NCBI GenBank assembly: GCA_051313645.2
Contig: JBNRSN020000010.1
Coordinates: forward strand, 47,430,001-47,494,000
Length of the DNA stretch: 64,000 nt
From: Centroscyllium fabricii
Taxonomy: Eukaryota
Direction: 5' to 3'
Shown: positions 23,983-35,749 of the stretch, piece by piece
How positions within the stretch are numbered: position 1 is the stretch's first letter
Layout of the letters: the number at the start of each line of letters is the position of its first letter
Notes under the pieces: model-generated
Database searches by the model: none
What the model was told of the DNA's origin: nothing
Seen by the model: only the letters and a program-made list of their open reading frames with translations
Program-made: the position numbers and the translations under genes

Positions 23983-24274
23983 TGTGGTAACCCTTGTATA
24001 TAATGTTTGCCACTGTTATTATTGTACCAATAATGGGCTGTGCAGATGTAAGGCACAGCCCTAGATACTGTGTAATACTGTTGGGAGCCAGGTCAGCCAC
24101 ACCTCTAACTCCTCCCCCAGGTGAGGCCCCTTTATAGGTGGAAACTGACCGAGGCTCCTCATTCCTGTACAGAAGTTCGTTCCGGAGGGTAGCTCCGTTC
24201 TTTAGCGATTAAAAGCCTTTCGTTTCGGTAACTACTCGTCGACTCTTTTAATCTGAGGTATTGACGATACGTCA
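23983..24274 (+). mobile_element. Solo LTR, Mag-like Gypsy lineage
   Basis: TGTGGTAACC...GATACGTCA; TSD GTCCC (23978-23982 / 24275-24279). Confidence 0.92.
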
Positions 24275-24539
24275 GTCCCACCAAGGTGTGAGTGCCTGCA
24301 CTGATGCTGGGAGTGCTGGGTTCTGCTGACGCTGCGCCCTCAGAGGAGTCTAAAATCTCAGGCTCTTCCTCCTGGATAGTGGGGACGAGGGGTTCCGATG
24401 GTCCTGTGCGGGAGTAAAGGAAAGAGTTAGAGATGTGAGGTCAAGGTTACATGAACATTGAATATTGCAGATGATCATAAGTCAATCTGTTAGAGCATCA
24501 GATTCATTATCAGCGACTCATACAATGTCAATGAGAGAG

Positions 24540-25230
24540 ATTCCAAACTATTCTGTCACCAGCTTGCTGTGATGTGCCCATCTGTCCGTCTTCCACTTGG
24601 GAATCTTTCTCGATCCTGGCGATTTCCAGGGCCGCCTCCTCCCAGGTGGTGAGCTGGGCTACTGAGGGTGGCCCTCCTCCTGTCATGGCTCGTTCCCTCT
24701 TAGTGAGGGCTCTCTTTTCCTGCAATGAGGGACACAAGTGGAGTCTGAGTGAGAATGAAGGAGTGAGTGTAGAGAATCCATAGCATAGATGCTTAGAAGG
24801 ATACAAAGGACCCTGTGCTGTAAGTTGTTGTTGTTGTCACTGCATCACTGTGATAGGGAGTGTGAGGGCTGCATGGTTGAATAGTTAAGTGAATGTGACC
24901 ATAGATAGAGAATGGGTAAGGGTGCAGGGATGTAAGTGTCAACTGAGATGTAGAGGAAGAGGTTGGCAGAGTGCTGGTGAGGAGAGGCAATGGGGATCAG
25001 ACTGAGCGTGATAGGAAAGTCAGACTCACTTTTCCTGTGTGGAGAAGGTCATGAAACCTCTTCCTGCATTGCAGCCAGGTTCTGCGGCTCATCGAGATGG
25101 AGTTGACCTCCTGGGCCACTTGCAGCCACACAGCGTTTGTCTGTTGGGGTGGCTTTTTTCTCCCTGAGGAAGGGAACAGCACCTCCTTATTACACCTGGC
25201 TCCCTGGACCAGAGCTTGGAGGAAGGGCTC
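24540..25230 (-). pseudogene. Harbinger Myb/SANT-like DNA-binding protein exons
   Basis: LFPSSGRK...WLQVAQEVNS...RTWLQCRKRFHDL followed by a GTGAGT donor; next exon EKRA...TGGGPP...LTTWEE. Confidence 0.75.
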
Positions 25231-25347
25231 ATCTTTGTTGTTGACATTGTCTGGAAATCAACTCCTTTATACGATTTGCAGAGCCTTTGTAGTCTCCAGA
25301 AGAAGCAAGGCTACTTGCAGGCCTTAAATCCAGCAGCATTGATGACG

Positions 25348-26245
25348 TCATAGAATCATAGAATCATAGAAGATAGGAGCAGGAGTAGGCCATTCAGCCC
25401 TTCGAGCCTGCTCCGCCATTCGATGAGATCATGGCTGATCTTTAGCAAGCTAGTACCCCGTCCCCGCCTTTTCTCCATAACCTTTAATCCCTTTAGCTTG
25501 AAGAAATATATCCAATTCCCTCTTGAATATGTTTAATGAACTGGCCTCCACCGCCCTCTGTGGCAGGGAATTCCACAGGCCCACCACTCTCTGAGTGAAG
25601 AAATTCTTCCTCATGTCCGTCCTAAATGGTTTACCCCTTATCCTTAGACTGTGGCCCCTGGTTCTGGACTCACCCACCATTGGAAACATTCTCTCTGAAT
25701 CTAACCTGTCCAGACCTTTCAGAATTTTATACGTCTCAATGAGATCGCCTCTCAATCTTCTAAACTCCAACGAGTACAAGCCCATACTACACAATCTCTC
25801 CTCGTAGGTCATTCCTGCCATTCCAGGAATCAGCCTGGTGAAACGCCGCTGCACTCCCTCCATGGCAAGAACATCCTTCCTCAGGCGAGGCGACCAGAAC
25901 TGTACACAATACTCGAGGTGTGGTCTCACCAGTGCCTTGTACAGCTGCAGTAAGGTATCCTTGTTCCGATACTCGAACCCTCTTGATATGAAGGCCAACA
26001 TACCATTTGCCTTCCTAACCGCCTGCTGCACCTGCGTGCTCGCCTTCAGCGACTGGTGCACAAGAACACCCAGGTCTCTCTGCACCTCCCCATCTCCCAA
26101 TCTATTGCCATTTAAGTAGTAATCTGCCCTCCTGTTTTTGCCCCCAAAGTGGATAACCTCACATTTATCCACATTGTAGTGCATCTGCCATCTTTCTGCC
26201 CAGTCCCCCAACTTATCCAAATCGCCCTGTAACTTCCTGACACCC
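25348..26245 (-). mobile_element. Young CR1 3' fragment, same subfamily as 9595-11640
   Basis: Open frame 25450-26240 nearly identical to the C-terminus of the 662-aa ORF; same 3' UTR. Confidence 0.93.
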
Positions 26246-26425
26246 TCATCGGAGGCGACTTTCTGTATGAAAAGACTCATTGGGCCAGGGGTTCCCTCAT
26301 GCAGGAAATCAATTGCCCAATTCGGAGAAAATCCCATTTTTTCAACACTTCACTTAGGAGTCGGGGTCCTGGCACGATTTCCACCTGACATGCCCCAGCC
26401 TGCCCACACTGACAAAATCCAGCCC

Positions 26426-27357
26426 TATGTGTTTGCCGAGACCTGCTTTTACAGTGACATCTCTTTTCTTAGCACCCACCTCCACTTCCAAGTCATTCCA
26501 CACGAACTCTGGCTGAAGTGTCACCTGTTGTTTTTTCGAATCCACACATGATCACCGTATACCTTTGTGAACCCTCCTCTGATTATACCTCGCAGAGTTT
26601 TATGCAATCCACCCTTTCTACTGTAAGCCTCTGTATGTATGCCCTCAACCTCTCTTCAGCAGCATCGATGAATATTGTAGCTGTTCTGGTCCTCAGCTCC
26701 ACATCATCCTTTGCTTCCTCACAACTCTTGGATATTAGCCTATCCCTGATCCATTCACTTTCGTCTGACACTATCCCTCCTTCTAAACTCACACTTTGTT
26801 CGGATTTCGCCATTCCTTTTGACTTTCCCTTTTATGGTCCTGAATGGTCCATCCTCAGCAAAGGCCTTAGCTTTAGCCCCCGACACCCGTTCTCCCCAGC
26901 AATGAACTAGAAGCTCAACATGATGCTAGGTTCTCCTGCTGTCATTGCTTCCTTTTTTTGGTCAGGAGAGTCATGAATCTGACCCCTTCCCTAATCTGAA
27001 AACTCACAATTGATCAATCGACATCTGTGGAGAGCACTGACTGTCAATGTTTTAGGTTCAAATGTTCTGAGCAAGGGTACGTAAATGTTGGCGGTCTGTT
27101 CCCTTGACAGATGCTGATTGACCTGTTGTCCAGCCTTTCCTATTTTGGTTTCAGATTTCCAGCATTTGCAGTATTTGTTTTTTGTTCCCTGTATCTATCT
27201 CCAGCCTTTTGGAACCCTTGTTGGACTCATGCTTTCTCTCAATCTTTTCATCAATTGTGCTATTAGGTGCCTCACTTTCTCTATACTCCTTATTCACTCT
27301 AATCTAAAACACTCTGAACTTGTAGCACTCCATTATCTCAGTTCCAACCCAGATATT
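26426..27357 (+). pseudogene. Penelope-like element ORF remnant (continues at 35328; short 5' piece before 21046)
   Basis: HVFAETCFYSDISFLS, SILSKGLSFSP, LSSNPDI joining VFKSADKGGAVV at 35331. Confidence 0.65.
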
Positions 27358-28654
27358 GGCCGGGATTTTACCAACCTCGGCAGATCCGTGACGGGCGACG
27401 TCAGTGGCAGGTCCTGATCCCGCTCTGTAAAATTAATTTCCCTTGATGGGGCTTGTTAAGCCCGCCCAGCGCATTTCCCGTTCAATTAGAGGAAGTGGGT
27501 CTGGTGACGTCATTTGATGGTGCATCATCAGCCGGATTCCTTAAAGGGACTATGGCCAACTTTAATTTGACATTTATGCTGTCAGAGTTCTGCAGCATTG
27601 AGGTGCTGCAAACACTGACAATGAATGCACAAAGGCACAGGGCTGCACCCAGGCTCTCCTATGACTCCTTCCATATGGAAGGAGTCACAGCACGCAGGGA
27701 GGTCCTCTTCCCTTCCAATGGAGGAAGTGGGTCTGGTGACATCATTTGATGGTGCAGCATCAGCAAGGTGGAAGAGACCTCCCCAGGAGAATAACACAGC
27801 CTGGTTGCACATTGCAGAGGAGGCCACAAGCAGGGATGTGGTCAGGAGGACCTGGGTGCAGTGGTGCAAATATTTCAATGATCTCAGTAGATCATGAAAC
27901 ATTAGTACAAAGCCTCATCCTGCTGTGCCTCTCATCACATCCCCATCCCTGCCCTACTCCTGCACATCCTTACTCTCTATCTATATTATCACTTCCCCAT
28001 CTCACTAGCCATCCCTCACACTCACCCTCATCCTAATGCAATCATAGCAACTAACAACATACAAGGGTAGGCACTTGGGTGTTTTATGCAATGTTCATGT
28101 AAAGTTTCTGTTCATGTGGTGTCAAACATTGAAACCTTTATTTTCAACACTGCATTCATGAACAGATTTGTGTGCACCTTTGGAAGTGGCTTAATGAGTT
28201 GCAGTGAATGGGGAGACATGACAGTACCCCCTGCAAAGGCAATGAGACTGGAAGGAATGGCTTGGGCATTGCAGGGATGCTTTATGGTGTTGGTGTGGGG
28301 TGGTGCCAACCTGGCGCATCATGTGGCAGCCAGAATGTACAGCGCTAAATGAAGTAAATCTGGCCATGGTGAGGCCATCCCTGGCCTCTCAGGTAGTAAT
28401 GTGCTCAGGTGCTGATGCCCTGTGTCCTGTTGTTGGTGCTGCTGGTGTTGGGACTGATCGTGGTGGGATTCTGAGGACCAAGTTGAGAGAGTATAAAGGA
28501 CACCCATGCTGATGGAATAGATGGCTGGTGAAGTAGAGATGACAGAAGCAATCTGTCAATGGTGAGAGAGGTAAGGAGGTCAGATTGGATGGAATCTTGT
28601 TAAATGACTTGCAGCATGGTGAATCTGTTGTGGAAATGCATTGAGGAAGAGCTT

Positions 28655-29698
28655 GTGGCTGAGGGAAGATATTTGGACTGGAAGCCTGTGTCCAGCGGGG
28701 TACCACAGGGATTGGTGCTGGGTCCCTTGCTGTTTGTAGTCTACATTAATGATTTGGATATGAATGTAAAAGGTATGATCAGTAAGTTCGATGATGACAC
28801 GAAAATTAGTGGGGTGGTAGATAGCGAGGAGGGAAGCCTCAGTCTGCAGGACGATATAGATGGGTTGGTCAGATGGGCGGAGCAGTGGCAAAAGGAATTT
28901 AACCCTGAAAAGTGTGAGGTGATGCATTTTGGAAGGACTAACAAGGCAAGGGAATACACAATGAATGGCAAGACCCTAGGAAAGACAGAGGATCAGAGGG
29001 ACCTTGGTGTGCATGTACATAGATCCCCGAAGGCAGCAGGACAGGTAGATAAGGTGGTTAAAAAGGCATATGGGATACTTACCTTCATTAGCCGAGGCAT
29101 AGAATATAAGAGCAGGGAGGTTATGATGGAGCTGTGCAAAATGCTGGTGAGGCCACAACTGGAGTACTGTGTGCAGTTCTGGTCACCACACCATAGGAAG
29201 GATGTGATTGCTTTGGAGAGGATGCAGAGGAGATTCACCAGGATGTTACCTGGGCTGGAGTGCTTCAGCGATGAAGAAAGACTGGACAGGCTGGGGTTGT
29301 TTTCCTCGGAGCAGAGAAGGCTGAGGGGGGACCTGATTGAGGTGTACAAAATTATGAGAGGCATAGTTAGGGTAAATGGAGTGGAACTTTTTCCCTTGGT
29401 AGAGGGGTCAATGACAAGGGGGCATAGTTTCAAGGTAAGGGGCAGCAGGTTTAGAGGGGATTTGAGGAAGAACTTTTTCACCCAGAGGGTGGTTGGAATC
29501 TGGAACTCACTGCGTGAAAGGGTGGTGGAGGCAGGAACCCTCACAACATTCAAGAAGCATTTAGATGAGCACTTGAAGTGCCATAGCATACAAGGCTACG
29601 GACCAAGTGCAGGAAAATGGGATTAGAATAGACAGGGCTCGATGGCCGGCACGGACACGATTGGCCGAAGGGCCTCTTTCTGTGCTGTATAACTCTAT
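28655..29698 (+). mobile_element. CR1 LINE 3' fragment with a (CTATGACT)n tail
   Basis: ORF 28604-29626: GVPQGLVLGP, KFDDDTK, RRLRGDLIEVYK; tail resumes at 34185 and 34955. Confidence 0.9.
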
Positions 29699-30299
29699 GG
29701 ACGCAAAATTGGTGCCTTAGCGCCATCGGTTTTGCGCTGAAAAATGGGCGCTACAGGTTTTAGCGCCGGGCGCAAAAAAATTAGCACCGGGCACTAAATT
29801 CACCTTCTGATTAGCGCCGGCGCTGTTAGCACGCGCTAATTTCAGCGCCTGATTCCTAGCTGCGATCCTTGTGCAACGCCTGCCCTGCGTCCTGTGCCCC
29901 ATATTCGGCCGCGGTCGTCGATTCAACGCCTGGCGCTAACAGCGCCAGCTTTTTCTAGCGCAGCTGAGTCCAGTTGGGGCCTTTTTGGCGGTATTTAAGG
30001 GGACACCCTTCCTTCAATTGGGGCGGCAGCCATTTTGCGAGACTGAGCCAGGAGAGAGAGAGACAAACATATCAAAGCCCTGAAAAGCTTTCAAAGGTCA
30101 GGTAAACCTTTGCCTTAGCTGCTGCTTCTGCTAAACTGATAACTTTAAGGTGCCAGCTGCTTTGCTGAGGCTGCAAAGCTTATATTGATTCAAGTACACT
30201 GCTCAAACTTTAAAAACTTAACATCAGCTCTTTGGCCCTTCTGCCCAGTGGCTCAGTTGTAAGGATGCGAGCTGCCCTCGACGGAGATGCTGCATTGCT

Positions 30300-31433
30300 G
30301 CAGTACGTTGCCATGCAACAGATAGAATGCCAGAGGCGCAGAGCCAGAAGGCGAGAGCGGGCACCTGTGATTGGCAGAGGCAGGCAGGCACAGAGAGATA
30401 TACGCAGGTGACCTTACCGTCAAAGGGTCTTTGGCCAGCAGCATTTTCATCAACATGTTGGAGGAGCAGTGTGTGCGCTGCCTGATGTTCCGCAAAGAGG
30501 TTGTTGAGGAGATATGTCAGCTGCTTGAGGCAGACGACCAGGACCTCTGTCAGTTGCAGCCAAGGTGACTGTGGCACTGAACCTTTATGCCACTGGGTCC
30601 TTCCAGGCAGGTACTGGGGACATTGCCAACATTTCCCAGTTTGTAGTACATTCCTGCATCCGTCAGGTGACAGAGGCACTCTACAGGAGGAGGCGCCAAT
30701 ACATTACCTTCCCCATGGATGCCGACCAGCAGCAGCTACGTCATGAGGGGTTCGCGGCTATCCATGCCTTCCCCATGGTGCACAGTGTCATTGATTACAC
30801 TCATGTGGCATTGCGGGCACCTTACCGGTAGAGGCATACCACAACAGGAAGGGCTTTCATTCCCTTAACGTCCAACTCGTCTGCGACCACCGGCAGTTCA
30901 TCATGGCAGTGAATGCTCAGTACTCAGGGAGCACGCATGATGCATTAATTCTGCGACAAACCACTATCACCGACCTGTTTAAGGGACCCAATCACCCAGA
31001 TGGATGGCTTCTAGGGGACAAGGGGTATGGTCTCGTCCCCTGGCTCATGACACCACTCCGTGCACCCCAGACACCTGCTGAGGAACGCTACTACATCAGC
31101 CATCAGATGACCAGGGCCATCATTGAACAGACCATTGGCATCCTCAAAATGCGGTTCCGCTGTCTGGACCACTCCGGAGGTGCCCTCCAATACGCGCCTG
31201 ACCGCGTGTCACGCTTTGTGGTTGTGTGCTGCATGCTGCACAACCTGGCAATCTTCAGGACACAGCCACTACTGCCAGACCTTGTGCCAGCAGCGGAGGA
31301 GGAGGCGCAGGAATAGGAGGAGGAGGAGGCGGAGGAGCAGGGAGATGATGATCCTCAGCATCAGCCCCAGCAGACGAGGCTCCTGCAAACTGGAAGGGCT
31401 GTGCGTCAAAGGCTAGTGGACAGCCGCTTCTAG
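30300..31433 (+). pseudogene. Harbinger (HARBI1-like) DDE transposase, frameshifted
   Basis: [68 protein letters not shown]. Confidence 0.9.
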
Positions 31434-32649
31434 GCGCCTGCTAATGGAAGGAGGATGGAAGGAGGTGTGGCCTTCAGCAACACCTGTCCATGTTTTTTCA
31501 TTGACTTAAATCCTTAGTTCTGTTAATCTCAATAAATGCACAGTGAGGGTAAAGAAAATAAGTTTTTATTGGATTACAAAACCCCCCCACCCCACCCACA
31601 AAACATAAGTAAAACTGCCAACCGGCACTGTATCTCAATCCCCCCACAAAACATAAATAATACTGCCAACTGGCACTGTATATCAATCCCCCCACCCTAC
31701 TTATTCATTTTCCACCGGGGAGCTGGTGCCCTTTCGTCGTTCCCCCCTCCCCACCCGGATGCTCCTCTTCAAAGGCTCCCCAGTGGGTGCAGCAACAGGA
31801 CTGGAAGGCTGCACAATGTCCAAACTGCCGCAGCCTTCGGAAGTCGGCCTCGACTCGTTCTGGGCTTGGAGGGCCCAGCTTCAGGCTGCTGCACCTGCGA
31901 ATCTGCAGCAGTCTGGTGAACGGGCGAGTCCAGCAGCAGTGAGGAAGCTATGCTGCCCCAGTAAGAGAGGCTCCCACCTGCCTCCTCTTCCAATGCAGCC
32001 TCACTCCCAGAGGCCCGCTCCTCATCCTCTCCAGCAATCTGCTGGACCACAGATTGCTCGGTGGACGGGGGGCGCTGAGAGGCCTCCCTCATGGTGCCCG
32101 ATGCCCGCATGACTCCACTCAGCTCACGCATGGCGTCGCCAAGTGGCAGCACTGAGTGGAGTGTACCTGCCACTGCGTGCAGGCCAGTGGTAATGCCATG
32201 GCCAACTGCCGCCAACTCCTGCAAGTCAGCATGAATGCCATGGCCAACTACCGCCAACTCATGCAGCTCATCGGGCACTCACCCCACCACTGCCAGCATC
32301 TCCGTGTGGCACTGCCCCGCCTCCTTCTGCATTTGCAAGAGCAGCTGCTGCTGCTCCCCAGTCTCGCCATTGTGGGTCGATGATCCACTGTCCCTTCGGG
32401 CAGCTCTCTATGGAGCTGCCCTCACCTCCCTCCGTTGCTCCAATTTGCTGGGGCCTGGAGCACCCTCCAACTCCCAGTACTCATTAACAATATGCTCTCT
32501 CTCAGCACCAGCTCCCCCCTCCATTGTGGCCTCCTCCTGCTCCTGGCCCTGGTGCTGGAGTGTTCGGCTGCTCCTGGTTCAGCTGCGTCCTCCGATGCAG
32601 AGTCTGCGTCTGAAACGACAGATGAGCACGACTGCTTTTAGCTTAATGA

Positions 32650-32937
32650 TAAGGTGGGAAGGGAAGACAAGGTGAGAAGGGAGGATTACGTGGGAAGGGA
32701 GGACAAGGTTGGAAGGGAGGACAAGGTTGGATGGGAGGACAAGGTGGGAAGGGAGGACAAGGTGGGAAGGGAGGACAAGGTGGGAAGGGAGGATTACGTG
32801 GGAAGGGAGGACAAGGTTGGAAGGGAGGACAAGGTTGGATGGGAGGACAAGGTGGGAAGGGAGGACAAGGTGGGAAGGGAGGACAAGGTGGGAAGGGAGG
32901 ACAAGGTGGGAAGGGAGGACAAGGTGGGAAGGGAGGT
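32650..32937. repeat. 18-bp purine-rich minisatellite (GGGAAGGGAGGACAAGGT)n, about 16 copies
   Basis: Read directly; variant units recur with 90-bp periodicity. Confidence 0.95.
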
Positions 32938-33272
32938 ATGATGGAATGACTGTAGGTGGATGGATAATGCCAGAGGCTGCTGTTCTGAGGAGCAAAAGCA
33001 AGAAGAGAGGAGAGGATTCTGATGAACTCACCACTGCCACCCACAAGCTGGTTGGCATCTCCTGAAGCAACAGGAGTGCTAAGGCGGTTCCCCATTTTCT
33101 GTTGCAGCTGCTCCTCCATCGGGGTGAGCTCCTCAATGTGGGGAGAGCTGCCCCCAGTGTGGTCCTGCTCCCTTCGGATGGAGGCCAGCTTGCGCTACAA
33201 GGAAAAGGAGAGAATGTCAGGTAGAGGAAAGGAAGTCTTGCATAATAAAAGCCGATCATGCATGAGCAATTC

Positions 33273-33468
33273 CTTGAAGCAAAGCAGTCTAAGTACAGAA
33301 GGCAATGACAATTTACTTGAAGCAACAGGCTAACAATTTACTTGAAGCAAAGCAGTCTAAGTACAGAAGGCAATGACAATTTACTTGGAGCAACAGGCTA
33401 ACAATTTACTTGAAGCAAAGCAGTGTAAGTACAGAAGGCAATGACAATTTACTTGAAGCAACAGGCTG
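33273..33468. repeat. 68-bp tandem repeat, about 2.9 copies
   Basis: Units start at 33273, 33341 and 33409. Confidence 0.9.
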
Positions 33469-34195
33469 CTGAAAGACACAAACCCTTAGGGTAATGGGGT
33501 TCTGTGCATGGGGGCGGATTTAGGACCCTGCAGACAAGCATTTTGGCTCACATGCAAATAAGCACACAGTAACAGATTTCTGTACTCGCCCTCAGACCCC
33601 TGCACAGGTCATGAAACTTTTTCCAGCACTGTGAAAGAGTCCTGGGGACAACACTTGAGCTGTTAACAAGCTGGGCCACCTCATGCCACAACGTCTTTTC
33701 CTCCCTGGGCGCTGGTTTGCGCCCACTTCTGGGAAAGAGCGCTTCCCTGCGCTCCTCTACTGCGCTGAGAAGGGCGATGAGGGCCCTGCCGCTGAATTTC
33801 TCTGCCCTTTGTCGACTTTGTTTTGGGATGCTTCTGCTCTGACTTCTCAGTAACAAAGGTGTGGTCGCAGCACCAATTATAATTATAGGAGGAAGTGAGC
33901 AGGGAGTGGCTGCAAAGGGAGGAAGACCCTCCCCCCCTGTAAGAAACGATAGGGCCCATCGTTAGTGGGAATTGTGGGAAGTGGTGGATTTGGCGCTGCG
34001 CTAGCGCTGGGCATTAGCGCCAGAAAATTGGCTGGCTGGCTCGCGTGCAACACCTGATTTAGTGCCAAAATCTGCAAGGCTAAAGTGAATATCGGGCGCT
34101 TTGGCGCTAATTTAGCGCCGGCGCTAATTTTTGCGCAGCGCCATTTTCAGCGCCCCAATTTGTGCGATCACGAATTTCGCGCCCTATGACTCTAT

Positions 34196-34954
34196 GGCCG
34201 AAAAATTGGTCAGCGTACGTTTTGAGGCGCTAACCTCGGTGCAGCACTAAAATTAGCGCCGGGCGCAAATTAGCGCCGGAGTCCCCGATATTTGCTTTAG
34301 CGCCGGCCTTGCAGATTGCAGCGATAAATCAAGCATTGCACGGGTGCAAACGGTCAATATGCAGGCGCTAAGTGGCGAGCGCGGGCACAGCGCTCCATCT
34401 GCCACTCCTGGCCTTCCCAGCAATGCTGGCGCCGGTCAGCTCTTAAAGGGGGAGGGGAAACAGTATATGATGTCTCCTCACCTCTGTCTCTCCCTCTGTC
34501 TCTCTCTGTATCTCTCCTCACCTGCCTCTGTCTGTCTCCGATCTCCCCTCATCTCCCTCTGCCTCTCTCTGTATCTCTCCTAACATTCCTCTGTCTGTCT
34601 CCGATCTCCCACAAAATGGCCACCGCACGAAAGGGAGGAAGTGTGTCCCTTTAAAGAATGCCCCAGCGGCCCCACATTACCTCAGCTGCGTTTGTGAAAG
34701 CTGGCGCGGGCAGCGCTGGGCGTTAGTTAGGCGGCCGCTCGTCAATTTCGGGGGCAGCCCTGGGGGCGGGCGTTGCACCAGGATATCAGCAAGGATTCAG
34801 GCGTGCCAAGTAGCACGCGCTAACAGTTAGCGCCGGCGCTAATCGCTTGGCGAACTGTGGGCGTGGTGCAAAATTTTTAGCGCCCGGCGCTAAAACCTCC
34901 AGCGCCCATTTTTGGGCGCTAATCGGTCGGCGTTAGAGTGCCAATTGTTCAGCC
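34196..34954. mobile_element. Non-autonomous Harbinger MITE
   Basis: TIR GGCCGAAAAATTGG / CCAATTGTTCAGCC; TSD TAT; TAGCGCC arrays. Confidence 0.88.
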
Positions 34955-35327
34955 TATGACTCTATCTCTGTAAGGTGGGAGCTTTTACTGGACATTTGAA
35001 GCTGTCAACTTAACAGCTGATTCGATGGACACTGAGCTCCTGCCTCAGTTTGACAGACATGGTCCATGGCCAGCGTGGACCCTGTGGGCGAGCACATAAA
35101 ATCAAAAGGTGAGCTGAAATGTATTCTTAATGATCTCTAAACAAGGTCATAATTACCTGAATTGGGTCCCCCACCGCTGTGTGTTGGGTCTACTCAGCAC
35201 TGACAGACCTAGGAAAGGCGCAAGGTGGCGGTTTGCTGTGGGATCCCGACCTGCTGTGGTAAAAAAAACACTTTCCCACCTGACCCGCCACTGATCACGC
35301 CCACTGACCCCCCAGAAAATCTCATCC

Positions 35328-35730
35328 ATTGTCTTCAAATCTGCTGATAAAGGAGGGGCTGTTGTATTATGCCAGAAGGACCTCTTCGTGGCTCTGACTG
35401 AACATCAACTCTGCGACCCCTCCTCTGGACCATTATCCCATTGCCAACTCCAAAACGTTTCCTAGACTGTTTCAGAGATTATCCCCCACTGCCTCCAATC
35501 TTGTAGTTCCCAATGCCACACATCTAGTTCCTAGCCATAGGGTACACAATCAAGCTGGCCCAGTAGACAAACTGCTTTAGCCTGCCCTTCCCCCTTTTTT
35601 TTCTTTTTAATTTTCACAAGGGGCAGGCATATCTTCCAGTCTCTACTTCTGATGCTGATGGGCCTGCTGTGTATTTTCAGCATTTGCTGCTTCATTTCAG
35701 ACTTCCAGCTTAATCAGTGCTTTTGTTTTT
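35328..35730 (+). pseudogene. Penelope-like remnant (continuation)
   Basis: ADKGGAVV motif at about 35344; pseudo-LTR-type sequence at about 35650-35730. Confidence 0.6.
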
Positions 35731-35749
35731 CTTGCATCTTAATACCTTC

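Larger units (their letters stand above)
21046..26425 (-). mobile_element. Degenerate Harbinger/PIF transposon carrying nested SINE, MITE, solo LTR and CR1
   Basis: TIRs GGGCTCGATTTTGCC / GACAAAATCCAGCCC; flanks CAT / TAT; Myb/SANT-like gene remnant on the minus strand. Confidence 0.7.
31690..33856 (-). pseudogene. Harbinger Myb/SANT-like protein gene, probably multi-exon
   Basis: RAEKFSGRALIALLSAVEERREALF...WHEVAQLVN...RTLSQCWKKFHDL (33548-33856); downstream pieces inferred. Confidence 0.7.
29699..34184 (+). mobile_element. Autonomous-type Harbinger transposon (transposase plus convergent Myb-like gene), mutated
   Basis: TIR GGACGCAAAATTGGTG / CACGAATTTCGCGCCC; TSD TAT; subterminal TAGCGCC arrays. 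Confidence 0.9.
27358..35327 (+). mobile_element. Degenerate Harbinger element hosting a CR1 and two further Harbingers
   Basis: TSD ATT (27355-27357 / 35328-35330); imperfect TIR GGCCGGGATTTT / AAAATCTCATCC; Myb remnant (WLHIAEEAT...RTWVQWCKYFNDL) at about 27620-27897. Confidence 0.7.

Noticed and set aside
23283-24056. 257-aa minus-strand ORF
   Set aside because: Chimeric read-through of a solo LTR, a Harbinger Myb-gene remnant and a MITE.
27485-27765. Duplication of about 47 bp inserted in the Harbinger Myb remnant
   Set aside because: Most likely a local templated repair event in a dead element; no functional signal.
32643-33119. Repetitive ORFs (PPCPPF, GGQGGK, VGREDK) resembling structural proteins
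   Set aside because: They are translations of the 18-bp minisatellite, open in several frames on both strands.
33273-33468. Regularly spaced repeats as a possible CRISPR array
   Set aside because: Head-to-tail tandem units without unique spacers, no cas genes, eukaryotic context.
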